DNA from: Octopus bimaculoides
Lineage: Eukaryota
Assembly (NCBI RefSeq): GCF_001194135.2
Contig: NC_068981.1
Coordinates: 40,560,905 to 40,617,890, forward strand
Direction: 5' to 3'
Length of the DNA: 56,986 nucleotides
This document shows, piece after piece, positions 40,798 to 49,839 of this stretch. The translations under genes and the position numbers were made by a program. Numbering within the stretch: the first letter of the stretch is position 1; each line of letters starts with the position of its first letter. The notes under the pieces were generated by a model. It was not told the origin of the DNA and did no database searches. It was given only the letters and a program-made list of their open reading frames with translations.

Positions 40798-41169
40798 TAT
40801 ATATAATGATTTCACTTAAGCATAGCCATACTAATAACCAGTTGTTGAAATTCAAAATGCTTCTGTTTTAGAGTAAAATGCCTGGGAAATACCAAACATA
40901 ATATCAATTAATGAATGACAAATGAGCAGGAATTATATAAAAATCTTCTTGTGCAACACCCTATAGCTAACTAAACCCATTAAAATGAAATATATGCTTA
41001 TTTCAGAAAGTGTTATATATATAATTAACTACTGAATAAATGATTCTTGATGTTGTTCCTTAATAAACTTTCTACAGATATGGAATTCTTAGAAGTTCTC
41101 ACGGAAGGTCTGGATCGTGTAGTAATGGTGCGTGGCAGTGGTCGGGAAGTTGTCACAATATATTCTTAA
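1740..41169 (+). CDS. kcc: K-Cl cotransporter (KCC, SLC12A4-7 family), 3' part, 17 coding exons in window; 5' exons lie upstream of the window
   Basis: Manual splice gives 1865 nt (2 + 621 codons incl. stop) with consistent phases and KCC motifs [98 protein letters not shown]. Confidence 0.97.
2490..2780 (-). mobile_element. Possible CR1-group LINE 3' relic
   Basis: Minus strand [10 protein letters not shown] resembles LWNSLP..VFP; weak. Confidence 0.4.
3945..4335 (+). mobile_element. RTE 3'UTR copy with ~3.5 internal ~62-bp tandem units; similar copy at 25080-25445 (-)
   Basis: Repeated gtgccggtggcac-taaaaagcacc units upstream of the (GAT)n tail. Confidence 0.8.
4692..4800. repeat. (TATG)n(GATA)n compound microsatellite
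   Basis: Direct reading. Confidence 0.95.
5029..5147 (+). CDS. kcc: KCC exon [39 protein letters not shown]
   Basis: aatag|, |gtttga, 119 nt. Confidence 0.96.
5580..6140 (+). mobile_element. Degraded non-LTR retrotransposon post-RT region (possibly Ingi/Vingi-like)
   Basis: [23 protein letters not shown]...GIAPPIIRR and [12 protein letters not shown] across frameshifts. Confidence 0.7.
6560..6950. repeat. (CT)n-rich compound microsatellite with an N-gap at 6599-6608
   Basis: Direct reading. Confidence 0.95.
7215..7389 (+). CDS. kcc: KCC exon [12 protein letters not shown]...[11 protein letters not shown]
   Basis: ctag|, |gtaagt, 175 nt. Confidence 0.96.
7804..8117 (-). mobile_element. tRNA-derived SINE with the family A head and a different (V-domain-like) 3' module
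   Basis: 11-bp TSD ACTGTCCAAGG; 3' part reads gcgatggactggcatcccgtacag...ccatagaaaccagg on the minus strand. Confidence 0.85.
8301..8399 (+). CDS. kcc: KCC exon [33 protein letters not shown]
   Basis: acaag|, |gtaagt, 99 nt. Confidence 0.96.
8828..9048. mobile_element. hAT-like MITE
   Basis: TIRs cagtggttttcaac / gttgagaaaccaatg; 6 of 8 matching TSD-like flanks. Confidence 0.6.
9914..10033 (+). CDS. kcc: KCC exon [40 protein letters not shown]
   Basis: tttccag|, |gtaaga, 120 nt. Confidence 0.96.
10520..11180 (+). mobile_element. Degraded RLE-type non-LTR retrotransposon (R4/Dong-like) C-terminus
   Basis: [24 protein letters not shown], a decayed CPKMS..HNIVAK segment, and [28 protein letters not shown]. 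Confidence 0.75.
11474..11578 (+). CDS. kcc: KCC exon [35 protein letters not shown]
   Basis: caacag|, |gtacgt, 105 nt. Confidence 0.96.
11795..12165 (+). mobile_element. Helentron-associated (DINE-1-like) non-autonomous element
   Basis: 5' hairpin ACCTCCGCC..GGCAGAGGT, (GTTT)n tract, 3' sub-terminal agtggaggt, short hairpin GCAC..GTGC, T-rich end. Confidence 0.65.
12170..12553 (-). mobile_element. tRNA-derived SINE family A, full length
   Basis: Reverse complement of the 18969 element; 12-bp TSD GCTCTTG(C/T)TATT. Confidence 0.9.
13182..13404. mobile_element. TTAA-flanked MITE (piggyBac-like); related copies at ~690-860, ~1340-1460, ~7510-7690 and 18940-19520
   Basis: TTAA flanks; ends cctttttgttacc / ggtatcaaaaatg; shared body aatttagtaaaataa..ggaacataaatt. 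Confidence 0.7.
14768..14856 (+). CDS. kcc: KCC exon [30 protein letters not shown]
   Basis: tttccag|, |gtaaat, 89 nt. Confidence 0.96.
15007..15223. mobile_element. mariner-type MITE; a left-end relic of the same family is at ~51285-51360
   Basis: TA-flanked imperfect TIRs caagggagtactgaaaagttc / gaacttttcagcatctcctca. Confidence 0.7.
15691..16423 (-). mobile_element. Internally deleted hAT transposon (SPIN/Buster/GTF2IRD2-like)
   Basis: Exact 8-bp TSD ATTTAGAG; termini CAGGGGTC / GACTCCTG; relic peptides [19 protein letters not shown] and FGTTYVCE...RLTDEHL. Confidence 0.85.
16782..17070 (+). mobile_element. Diverged tRNA-derived SINE; a related copy is at ~22405-22745
   Basis: tggcctagtggttagg (A box) and gtttcaattccc (B box) head. 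Confidence 0.7.
17078..17143. repeat. (ATT)n(AGT)n microsatellite
   Basis: Direct reading. Confidence 0.95.
17297..17500 (+). mobile_element. tRNA-derived SINE family C; other copies at ~17143, ~27040, ~39720 (minus) and ~50555
   Basis: gagctggcagaatcgttag head, gagttcaaattc B box, core gtcgactttgcctttcatcctttcggggtcgata..agtaccagt (tentatively Meta-domain-like). Confidence 0.75.
17885..18250 (-). mobile_element. Degraded RLE-type non-LTR retrotransposon relic
   Basis: Minus strand [23 protein letters not shown]...[20 protein letters not shown]. Confidence 0.75.
18830..18909 (+). CDS. kcc: KCC exon [26 protein letters not shown]
   Basis: atttag|, |gtaagt, 80 nt. Confidence 0.95.
18969..19333 (+). 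mobile_element. tRNA-derived SINE family A, full length
   Basis: A box TGGCCCAGTG, B box GTTTCGATTCC; 11-bp TSD ACCTGAGGCTA (18958-18968, 19334-19344). Confidence 0.9.
21729..21817 (+). CDS. kcc: KCC exon [30 protein letters not shown]
   Basis: tttatag|, |gtgagt, 89 nt. Confidence 0.95.
21905..22380 (-). mobile_element. RTE LINE 3' end (ORF2 tail plus 3'UTR)
   Basis: Minus strand [17 protein letters not shown] contiguous with the common 3'UTR. Confidence 0.8.
24065..24372 (+). mobile_element. Deleted mariner element
   Basis: TIRs tgaggtgcattcaagaagtatttga / tcagatgctttttgaactcacttca; C-terminal relic EYFEGD*. Confidence 0.7.
26435..26541 (+). CDS. kcc: KCC exon [35 protein letters not shown]
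   Basis: ttacag|, |gtaaac, 107 nt. Confidence 0.96.
28059..28175 (+). CDS. kcc: KCC exon [39 protein letters not shown](H)
   Basis: tttatag|; ends at non-canonical donor |ATATCCTTG; 117 nt. Confidence 0.94.
28176..29351 (+). other. U12-type AT-AC intron
   Basis: 5'SS ATATCCTTG, branch TTTCCCTTAAT (29332-29342), 3'SS CAC; splicing restores [17 protein letters not shown] in frame. Confidence 0.93.
29352..29441 (+). CDS. kcc: KCC exon (H)[29 protein letters not shown](Q)
   Basis: atcac| acceptor, |GTATCCTTT donor, 90 nt. Confidence 0.95.
29442..31294 (+). other. U12-type GT-AG intron
   Basis: 5'SS GTATCCTTT; branch TTTTCTTAAT (31271-31280) close to the AG. Confidence 0.9.
29600..30600 (-). 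mobile_element. Highly degraded CR1/L2-group LINE RT relic
   Basis: Purine-skewed block; minus strand [13 protein letters not shown] resembles GSVLSPTLFLLFINDL. Confidence 0.5.
31295..31386 (+). CDS. kcc: KCC exon [30 protein letters not shown]
   Basis: cttag|, |gtaaga, 92 nt. Confidence 0.96.
31522..31680 (+). mobile_element. tRNA-derived SINE family B (CORE-like); other copies at ~19755 (minus), ~34875, ~35380, ~36020, ~50840, ~52280 (minus) and ~53120
   Basis: ggttc..ggttcagtcccactg..ggcaccttgggcaagtgtcttctactatagcc motif, usually ending in (TA)n or (TG)n. Confidence 0.7.
31780..32200 (+). mobile_element. RTE-clade LINE ORF2 C-terminus
   Basis: [23 protein letters not shown]...[40 protein letters not shown]. 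Confidence 0.9.
32343..32438 (+). CDS. kcc: KCC exon [32 protein letters not shown]
   Basis: tctcag|, |gttagt, 96 nt. Confidence 0.95.
33095..33890 (+). mobile_element. Stack of four SINEs (one family B, three family C), nested and tandem
   Basis: Family B head gctgtgtggtaag^aagcttgcttcccaacc is split by a family C copy; two further family C copies follow. Confidence 0.85.
34435..34637 (+). CDS. kcc: KCC exon [11 protein letters not shown]...[11 protein letters not shown]...LFQMKP (variable C-terminal segment)
   Basis: ttgtag|, |gttagt, 203 nt, open frame, phases 0 to 2 bridge the neighbouring exons. Confidence 0.88.
36619..37379 (+). mobile_element. Internally deleted Tc1/mariner-superfamily transposon (maT/Tc1-like)
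   Basis: Imperfect ~23-bp TIRs CAGGGTGTGATGGGTACATTGT / CAGGGTATGGTGAATAAATTGT; transposase relic with WQEDSTPCH and [16 protein letters not shown]. Confidence 0.9.
37865..38185 (-). mobile_element. RTE LINE 3' end
   Basis: Minus strand [19 protein letters not shown] followed by the 3'UTR and (GAT)n. Confidence 0.85.
38492..38625 (+). CDS. kcc: KCC exon [44 protein letters not shown](Y)
   Basis: aaatag|, |GTATCCTTT, 134 nt. Confidence 0.96.
38626..41077 (+). other. U12-type GT-AG intron (last intron)
   Basis: 5'SS GTATCCTTT; branch TTCCTTAAT (41056-41064) close to the AG. Confidence 0.92.
41078..41169 (+). CDS. kcc: KCC last coding exon [29 protein letters not shown]
   Basis: ctacag|; canonical KCC C-terminus; TAA at 41167-41169. 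Confidence 0.97.
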
Positions 41170-42755
41170 TCAAGAAATACAGCTGCTGAAATGGACTCCA
41201 GATTTGTTGTAAACTGAAGCTCATTTTTCCTCCCACCCACCTATTCTTTCCCATTTACCACCTCCTCTCTTGTACTGCTGACACTGAAGTTGAACACGAA
41301 CAAAAATTGCTGATTAACAAAACTAGCTGTTGTTTCTTAATTAGAAATGTCTAAAATAGATAGATCCTGAATTCCTATGAATATGGAACTAACAGGAATG
41401 TATTTTTGGCAGTGACTGACATACAATGTTGAAAAAGGAAGTTATACTCTAATTATTACCTCCCTTGTCTCTGTATACATCACATATATGAGACAAACCC
41501 AACAGCAATAGTGTTTGATATGGTGAGAGGATTAAAAATGAATTTTGACAAAAAAAAACGTATCGGTTAACTTTCCCCTATTGGAGTATTTTTTAAAAGG
41601 AATTGCTGTCTATGATTTTTTAATCACGATTTTACTTTGTTTCTTTTTTGTTTTTGTTTTAATCCACCTTTCTGTTAATGTGTTATTTTAATGGAAAGGT
41701 TTCTGCTGATCAGATAATCCTGACTGGTGGTTAATTATTGCTGCAAAACTTTTAAAATCATTTTTGTTGGGTTGTATTTATATTTTATTTTTCAATTTTA
41801 AGTGTTTATAATTCATTTCTTTTTCTAAATTATTTTTTCCTCTCCTTTTCTTCTTCAAAAATAATTTGAAATGTTTATTTTGTTACCAAAGAAATAGACA
41901 AATCTGATTTAATAGCAATACCAAATATGTTTTTTATTCTAACATTTTTTTTTTTAATTTTGCTGCCATATGGTCATCTATAAACTCACCGAGAAACCAA
42001 ATTTGTTTATTTAAATGGAATTATTCTAAATGTGATACCTCTCCAACACTTTATCCATAAATAAAGAAAACCCAAGACTATCAGGTGTCATATTATTTTT
42101 TAAAAGAACCTTCTATAGGAGCCACTGTACATTGACTGTCTTTATTCTGTACAAGGTGTCATTTAAGATAGCAAAATCTTTTTCTTCATTAACTTCTCAA
42201 TCTTAAAGAATCCTCTGTAAGAGAAGAAATATCCCAACATTCTAAATTCTATTTTTTGACTACTAGGATACACATTTTGTTGGAAAAAAATTCTGTGTAC
42301 TGACACAAGCATATTCTTTCATTTATTGGCAGCTATTCTAGGGATAATTATTTAAATATTGTGATACACACTTGTAGGAATTTTTTATAGCCATCTCTTC
42401 TTTCTTTCCATATGCACATGCATTTTTTTTTAATGTGCCATAGGTCCTTGTATGTATGAAGAAATATTACTTTTGGTCCGATGCTATTTCTTCAATTTCA
42501 TATTAGGAACTTATCCAATATGTTAGTCAATGAAACCTGTTTATTATCTGTTCTCTATCAATACTATAAAAACCCTCCTTAAACATCTTTAGGTCATTGG
42601 TAGTATAGTAATACTGCTTTGATACTGTTTCAACTTTGAATAACCTCTTGATAATTTCCTTTTAGTATTTTAAACAACAATAAAATAAGAAACTGCATTG
42701 CACATTTAAAGTGCTTGACAAAATCTGATGGCTTTAGGTTAATAATAATAATAAC

Positions 42756-42774
42756 AATAAAAATGTTCAATAAA
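42756..42774 (+). terminator. Candidate polyadenylation signals of the KCC 3'UTR
   Basis: Two AATAAA (42756, 42769) followed by a T-rich tract; other AATAAA hexamers exist, so the site is uncertain. Confidence 0.4.
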
Positions 42775-43889
42775 AGTTTTTTACACTTTTTTTACATATC
42801 TATTTGACCGATCTTATAGAAACATTTTAAAACTGCTAGATCTTAAATCTATAGTATAAACAAAAGTCTAAAACTGCCAGGGCTTAGATTTATATCAGCA
42901 AAAACTATGATACAAATTGCTTAAGAAAAGTTTTTGGAATTGTAGCTTTTCTCCTTACCTTTGATTTTGTAACGTTGATATAAAAACTGTCATATTTTGA
43001 TTTTATATATGTATATATAATAGGGTCTTTGTTTTCTTATTTTACTTTGTGCTGCATTTTAGCTTCTGTTGTTTTTGCCCCATTTGCATAAAACAATTTT
43101 TTCAACCCTTTTATCAACATCTGTTCTCTTTTAGTTCCTATGGGTTTTAAATACATCGATTTATAAGAGAGATGGCGGGTGGGGGTATAAGACTTTAATA
43201 AAAAGCCATTACAAATCACTGCTGATTAAGTTAATCAATGATACAAAAACATAGATGAGTATAACAATAGTGTTGTCTGATCAGTTACAAGATGATGAAC
43301 TGTGATCAAAATAAAATATGTACAAAGATAACATCATTTCTTTTTCTCTTTAATAAAACTCACACATTAGAGATGAATGTTATATTGAAACTGAATTTCA
43401 TCATTTATCATTTGTCTTGCCATTTTTCTTCTTAAACCACCGTCTAAAATTGAATTCACAATTAGTATATTGATATGCCAATCAGGGAAAAATATCTCAG
43501 ATGGTTTCTTTATGTGCTCTAGTTACAATGCAAACTTATTGATGATGGTATATACAGAAACATTACAACCAGCACTGTTTGCTTAAGCATCTGAGAAAAA
43601 ATAGACAGAGAAAGAGACAAACATTATTGTCCAAAACTATATAAGAAAACAAAGCAAATTACCTGAACATACATAAACTAGTAATATTTTTTTACTTTTC
43701 CATTTATTTTTCACATAAAGATTTCTTGTGACATCGAAAACTCTCAAATCACATTGATTCTAAAGGTTTTAGTCTTATTTATTTGCATTGCTATCATTGA
43801 GATATCTAATTTAACTGTTTCATACATCTACAAAGTGTACTATACCATATCTATCGTTATATGTTTCTTTTCCTTAACATCAATAATTT

Positions 43890-44530
43890 CATGCATATTC
43901 TAACATATTTCTACCACATATTAGTAACATTTCTACATGTTTTTGCCACTTGATGCAAATGTTTACATATTTTTGCCATTTGGCAGAAGCAGCTCTTCAC
44001 ATTTATGTCATCTGGAAGAAACAGCATTATACATATCTATCATGTGGTGGAAATATTTCTAAATATTTCTGCTACTTCATAGTAACAGCTCTACACATTT
44101 ATCACTTGAGTAGAAACAACTCTATACATGTCTACTACATTGTAGAAACAACTCTACACATTTCTATTACTTTGTAGAAATAACTCTATACATTTTTATC
44201 ATTTGGTAGAAACAGCTCTCAACATTTCTACCACTTTGTACAAATAGCTCTTTACATTTCTATCAGTTGGTAGAAATAATCCATACATTTCTGTCATCTG
44301 ATTGAAATAACTCAACATGTTTCTGTCCTATGGTTCGAAACAACTCTTCACAATTCTGTCACTAAACAGAAGCATTTCTACATGTTTCTATCATTTGGAA
44401 ACAACAGCTCTACATATTTCCATCAGCTTGTAGCAACATCTTTATACATGTCTACTCCTTGGTAGCAATGTTCCAATACAAAGCAATGCAACAAACATGT
44501 TTCTACCACTTTGTAACAGCTCAAAATGTA
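43890..44530. repeat. Diverged 32-bp minisatellite, about 20 copies
   Basis: Unit ~gtagaaacaactctacacatttctatcacttt; anchors at 44110, 44142, 44174, 44206, 44238. Confidence 0.85.
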
Positions 44531-45890
44531 ACATCAGATATTTTCTGCCACTGATAAATAAACATCTCTGTATGTATATTCAGCACATTATCAGCTCTTG
44601 GTAATTATGAATTTTAGACTTGTTCTTTACTACATTTCTACATTTTAGTCATAAAGGTCTGTTACTGTGTAGATCTAAGTCTTTTTGTTCTGTGAGTTAT
44701 CTTTCCTTTTTTCATTTTTCTGTGCTTTTTCATGAAATCAAAATACAATTTTTTTTGTATTGTTTCTCTGTCTACACAAAAGAAATCAAAACAAATGGAA
44801 TTGTTCCAGAAATCTCTATGTGGTTGTTGCTACTGTGATCCAAAATGTTACTCAGCTGTAAAAACAGAGGTAAGCAGTTGAGCCATTGATTCCCAACTTC
44901 CCCCTCCCAATATATACATACACACATACAAACTTATTTTATTCTAATCAGTAGTTATTGGAGAAAGAATTTTCACTAAATATTTGTTGAAGGAAAACTA
45001 TGATAGGGCCATTCTTTAAAAGATTTCTACATATTCTTACACACCAAAAAAAAAGAAGGCAGTAGACTAAATCTTTTAAAGTATTTAGGTTTATCCTTCT
45101 ACATTCTGTATTCAACTCTCATGAGGATCGATTTCATCTCTCATTTCTCCAACGTCTATAAAATAAATAATTATAGTACATAAATAATATTTACTCACCT
45201 TGATTCTAACCAAATTTTGATATGGAGACAATGTTAGAAATTTTTATTATTCTTACAAAAAAAAAAAAAAAGCAGGAAGGAAAAAATACAAAATACATAG
45301 GAAATGAATAATATGAGGCTATTTTACAATTTGAAAACAAATTATTATAATATTTGTAAATTTTCATATTACTTAATTTCTGCCATTGAGAATGGTATGA
45401 ATATCAATCACTCTCATTTCTTTTTCTCTGGAAAAGTGAGGACTTAAGCCTATATAAAATTATTTTGATACAAATATATAGTAAAGGAATGTACTGAACA
45501 AAGATATTTAAGTTTGAAACTATTATTGATAGGAATAAAATATCTTGAACGTGGTTTTTTTCTTTTATTCTCTCTCCTGACATAATTTTTTTTTTCCTTT
45601 CTTTCTTGATATTTAAAACAATGGTGGAGTCTTCCTTGGTACACTCATTGACAATATTTAAAAACCAAAGTAAAGTAAGGTTTGATAACGGTTCCTTGTA
45701 AGAATTCCATGTAAAATTAGTGAATTATATAATAGGTTGTCAAAGTGATTTTGTGTTTACTTTCCTATTTTACTCTGATCCTCTTTTGAATTTTAGCATT
45801 AACATTTGGATGGTAGACTTGATCTGTCACTTGGTTTAACAACCACAACTTGGTCCTTTGGTACCTTTGCCAGAAACCACACTATTGCAG

Positions 45891-47960
45891 TCATTCAGGC
45901 CAAGTGCCCAGATTGAAGATAATTTCTTTCCACCAATCCAGCAGGCTCAGAATAGTATCATAGGCACTACCCTTTCTTTTCTGACTAAGCCATTAAAAAA
46001 AACACCTCAAATTTTCTTCATGAAATTCAATTTCTATATACTATTTCTTCATTTCCTTTTCTTTATTTTATGACTAAAGTATTTTCTTAGAGTTTTATTT
46101 ACACATAAACTATTCTATTATTAATTTGCATGTGTGTTTGCATTTGTTTCCGAGTCTGTGCTTCTTTTTCAACTGTGAGAAACTCTATCAAGAAATGTTG
46201 CTGCACAGATGCAGTTAGATCTATTAAGACTAAAACCAGAGTGCCAACATAAAATGAAGCTTAATTTAACCGTTAGAAAACTACTGTCTATCAAAAAGAA
46301 ATATCTATTCTCTAGATGCTAGATTTAAAAATTAAGTTATTTCCTTCTTAGTACGTTTACCTACATCTTTTGATATCATGTCTCAGTTCTCCAAACTGCT
46401 GATTATAATTATTTTTTATTGATATGTGATACATCATTTATTGAAGAGTTCTAGCATCCATTAGATGAAATCTTTTGGATTTATCCCATCTTTTATCTAC
46501 TGGGAAACATTTGCTGCTGACTATACATAAAATGTGATTCTTTAAAAATCTATATCTGTTGATATTTAGTTTTTAAATTTAAAAAAAAAATTTAAGATTG
46601 ATTTGATTTCAAATATACTTGCTCTTCCATGCTACAAATACCATTCTTTTTATGGGGTTATTCAACTTCAGTCCAAACTGCAACTTCTGAATTTGTATGC
46701 CACATTCTGGATATACAGTGTCAGTATGTTAATTGGAATTTTTATTACATTTCTATTTGATACATTAGTATGTTTAAAATGAAGTTTTAGTGAAATAATT
46801 TTAAAAGATTTCTCCAAACTGAACTGAGTTGTTCCAGTTGGTTTTTCCACTTTATCAGTCTGTATTTAGTAGTCAGTCTGTTAAAAAAATAATGTCCCTT
46901 CCAATCATTGTCGTCTGACATTTATCACTTTGGAACATAGTTGGTTGTATAAATTACATTCCTTTCCCCCAAAATATTAGTTCACTTGTAGTCCTTATTC
47001 ACATTTAGCCCATCCTCCTTAGCAATATCTAAACACTGCACACCATATGTTGAAGCAAATTGCTAGCTTGTTTTTACACTAAGATAATTTATAAATATTT
47101 TCTTCATATAATAAATAATATTGGTCATAGAAATTGACATTTTAAAAAAGAATTGACTTTTCAATTTTTAGTCTTTGAAATTAGATTAATAGTTTAATTA
47201 CGCCAATCTTTATACTGAATGGTATTAACTCAATGTACTATATCTTTTATTATTCATTTATTTTTTATCTATAGTATATTTTAGTCTATATTGTAGTTCT
47301 GTAAAAATAGTAGGGAATAGAAGAGGCTAGCTATATAGCTCCACATCAGGTATCTATTACCTGTAATGTCATTAAATGAATTAATAGCTAAAAAAACAGT
47401 AAAATTCTTTTTCTCTAATCACTGTATTTATTATTGTCATGTGACAAAAAAAAATTATACATAACACTCATCTCTTTCAATTGACTCATTGTTGTCAAAT
47501 TATTTCCATTAGGATTGAAGTTTACTGTTTATTCTGATCTGGAGCTGGTTTGTTTACCTTTCTTCTCTTCCCAAACTTCATCATATATCTATTTATACAT
47601 GATTTCAGACTGGCCAAAAGGTATAAATTGAAATTTTTCTATGTTAGCTATATAATGATAATGAGACATCCTTGTTTATATCAACTGGATGTCCTGACAT
47701 ATATATATATATAATGAATCTAATGTATTTATTTCATGAGAATTGATCACCTTACATCAAACAACCTTAAAGCATAAGTTGCCCGTGTCCTTCATATGAC
47801 AGTTGACTAAAATACACTTGTTGCTGCTGTTATATGTAGTTTTTTGTTTTTGTTTTTCTTCTCTTCACCGTATGGTTTTATAGGAACCGGTGCTACTGAA
47901 ACAAAGACTGAAAGGTTACACAATTTTTTTATGCATATATACACATATATATATGTATAC

Positions 47961-48014
<54 letters not shown>

Positions 48015-48728
48015 ACATAACTAAATTCAAATTTTCACACCTTGTAACTTTCAAACAATTCTGGCTGTGGCATGGGTAGAAAATATCATCTCTTTTTTTT
48101 TTATTTTCTCTTTTTACCAGCCATTGTTTTTCCTGGACATTAATATGTAACATGGATCATTGGATAATGAAGGAAGACACCTATTCAAATTATGTCCTCT
48201 CTTTAGGTTTTCCATTCCATTTAAAATCTCCTTGTATTACTGTTTAGTCATGAAAAAGTTTCTTTCATTTAGAACTGGAGTTGATATTATATACGCATGT
48301 ATTCTTTTACTTTCTCTGCTGGATTCCTAGCTGTTTTCTATACTGCTCTATAATCATATTCATTTTTCCCTCTCATTGGTTACTGGATAGTATCTCTCAG
48401 CACTAAGGAGCAATGTTTTTAAACATGATCTTTTATTATGCTTCTTATAGTAGTCAAATTTCTCCATAAGGACTGTGGCAAGATTCTGTTTGGCATCTTT
48501 ATATTATGGTTATAACGACTATATCCTTGAAAACCTAACTGCACTACTACTTTAACAAGAGAATTCAAAAATACATCATGACTTTTTAAACACAAATGAA
48601 AAGATAAGAAGTATTAACTAAAAAGCATATGATATGAATTATTTAAAGTTTGCATTATGAAAGATGGTTAAACATTTTGTAGACCAGAAATATATATATA
48701 TGTGTGTATATGTGTGTGTGTGTGTGTG

Positions 48729-48783
<55 letters not shown>

Positions 48784-49839
48784 NNNNNNNNNNNNNNNNN
48801 NNNNNNNNNATGTATATGATAAATATATATATATATATATATTATGTATATGATAAATATATATATATATATATATTATGTATATGATAAATATATATAT
48901 ATATATATATTAAGTATATGATAAAAATATATAAATCTTTATCATATACATAAGATCTATATTATGTATATGATGAATATATATATATGTGTGTGTGTGT
49001 GTGTAAATATGTATATTTGTGCATGTGTATATATGTATATATATGTGTGTTTATATAATTTGTATGCATATGTATACACACGCACATTATACATATATAT
49101 ATATATATATTGTTTCTATGTCAAAATATATATAAAACAATTTAACATTAAACTGAAGGGTTACTCGATACTTTCCAATAGAGCATATGTTTATTAAATT
49201 ATTGCATTGAAAAAGTTGACAGTGACTTTGAAGTCTGTGGCTTACTCACCTTTAGCAGCCTTCAATATCATTGTCAACNNNNNNNNNNNNNNNNNNNNNN
49301 NNNNNNNNNNNNNNNNNNNNNNNNNNNNNNNNNNNNNNNNNNNNNNNNNNNNNNNNNNNNNNNNNNNNNNNNNNNNNNNNNNNNNNNNNNNNNNNNNNNN
49401 NNNNNNNNNNNNNNNNNNNNNNNNNNNNNNNNNNNNNNNNNNNNNNNNNNNNNNNNNNNNNNNNNNNNNNNNNNNNNNNNNNNNNNNNNNNNNNNNNNNN
49501 NNNNNNNNNNNNNNNNNNNNNNNNNNNNNNNNNNNNNNNNNNNNNNNNNNNNNNNNNNNNNNNNNNNNNNNNNNNNNNNNNNNNNNNNNNNNNNNNNNNN
49601 NNNNNNNNNNNNNNNNNNNNNNNNNNNNNNNNNNNNNNNNNNNNNNNNNNNNNNNNNNNNAAAAAAAAAAAAAAAAAAAAAAGAACTGTCAGCAATACCA
49701 ATCAAGGTAAAATTTCAATTTGAAAACCATGCTCCGTATCTGAACAAACTGCCAACCAATAAGACAAACGACTTACCTTCATCAATTTACTTACCTATCC
49801 GTGATCCATGTTTTAGATCATCACCCCCCCCAATGCAAT
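45891..49839 (-). CDS. Candidate 3' end of an unidentified minus-strand gene; exons 49795-49839, gap-49250, 47816-47907, 46986-47062, 45891-45984
   Basis: Phase-consistent chain CIGGGDDLKHGSRI / ...LTMILKAAK / VFVSVAPVPIKPYGEEKKNKNKKLHITAATS / QFASTYGVQCLDIAKEDGLNVNKDY / QKRKGSAYDTILSLLDWWKEIIFNLGTWPE*; strong donors GTAAGT and GTGAGT on the first two exons, weaker sites on the later ones. Confidence 0.5.
48690..49110. repeat. (TA)n/(TG)n low-complexity tract with short tandem tgtatatgataaatatatat units and an N-gap at 48784-48809
   Basis: Direct reading. Confidence 0.9.
49279..49660. other. Assembly gap; other gaps at 6599-6608, 10064-10073, 48784-48809 and 54758-54963
   Basis: N runs. Confidence 1.

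Noticed and set aside
43890-44530. Regular 32-bp periodicity suggestive of a CRISPR array or a coding repeat
   Set aside because: No unique spacers, eukaryotic context, and a period that is not a multiple of 3
45832-45945. Alternative minus-strand frame with an in-frame TGA and ending GPSCGC*, suggestive of a selenoprotein or a CXC prenylation tail
   Set aside because: No suitable acceptor or SECIS seen; the other frame is open and fits the exon phases
48022-48133. Minus-strand block EKQWLVKRENKKKRDDIFYPCH... with possible splice sites
   Set aside because: Phases 0 to 2 are incompatible with the neighbouring phase 1 exons
49207-49723. Long ORFs in the ORF track spanning N-gaps (also 54749-55034)
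   Set aside because: Artefacts of translating N runs
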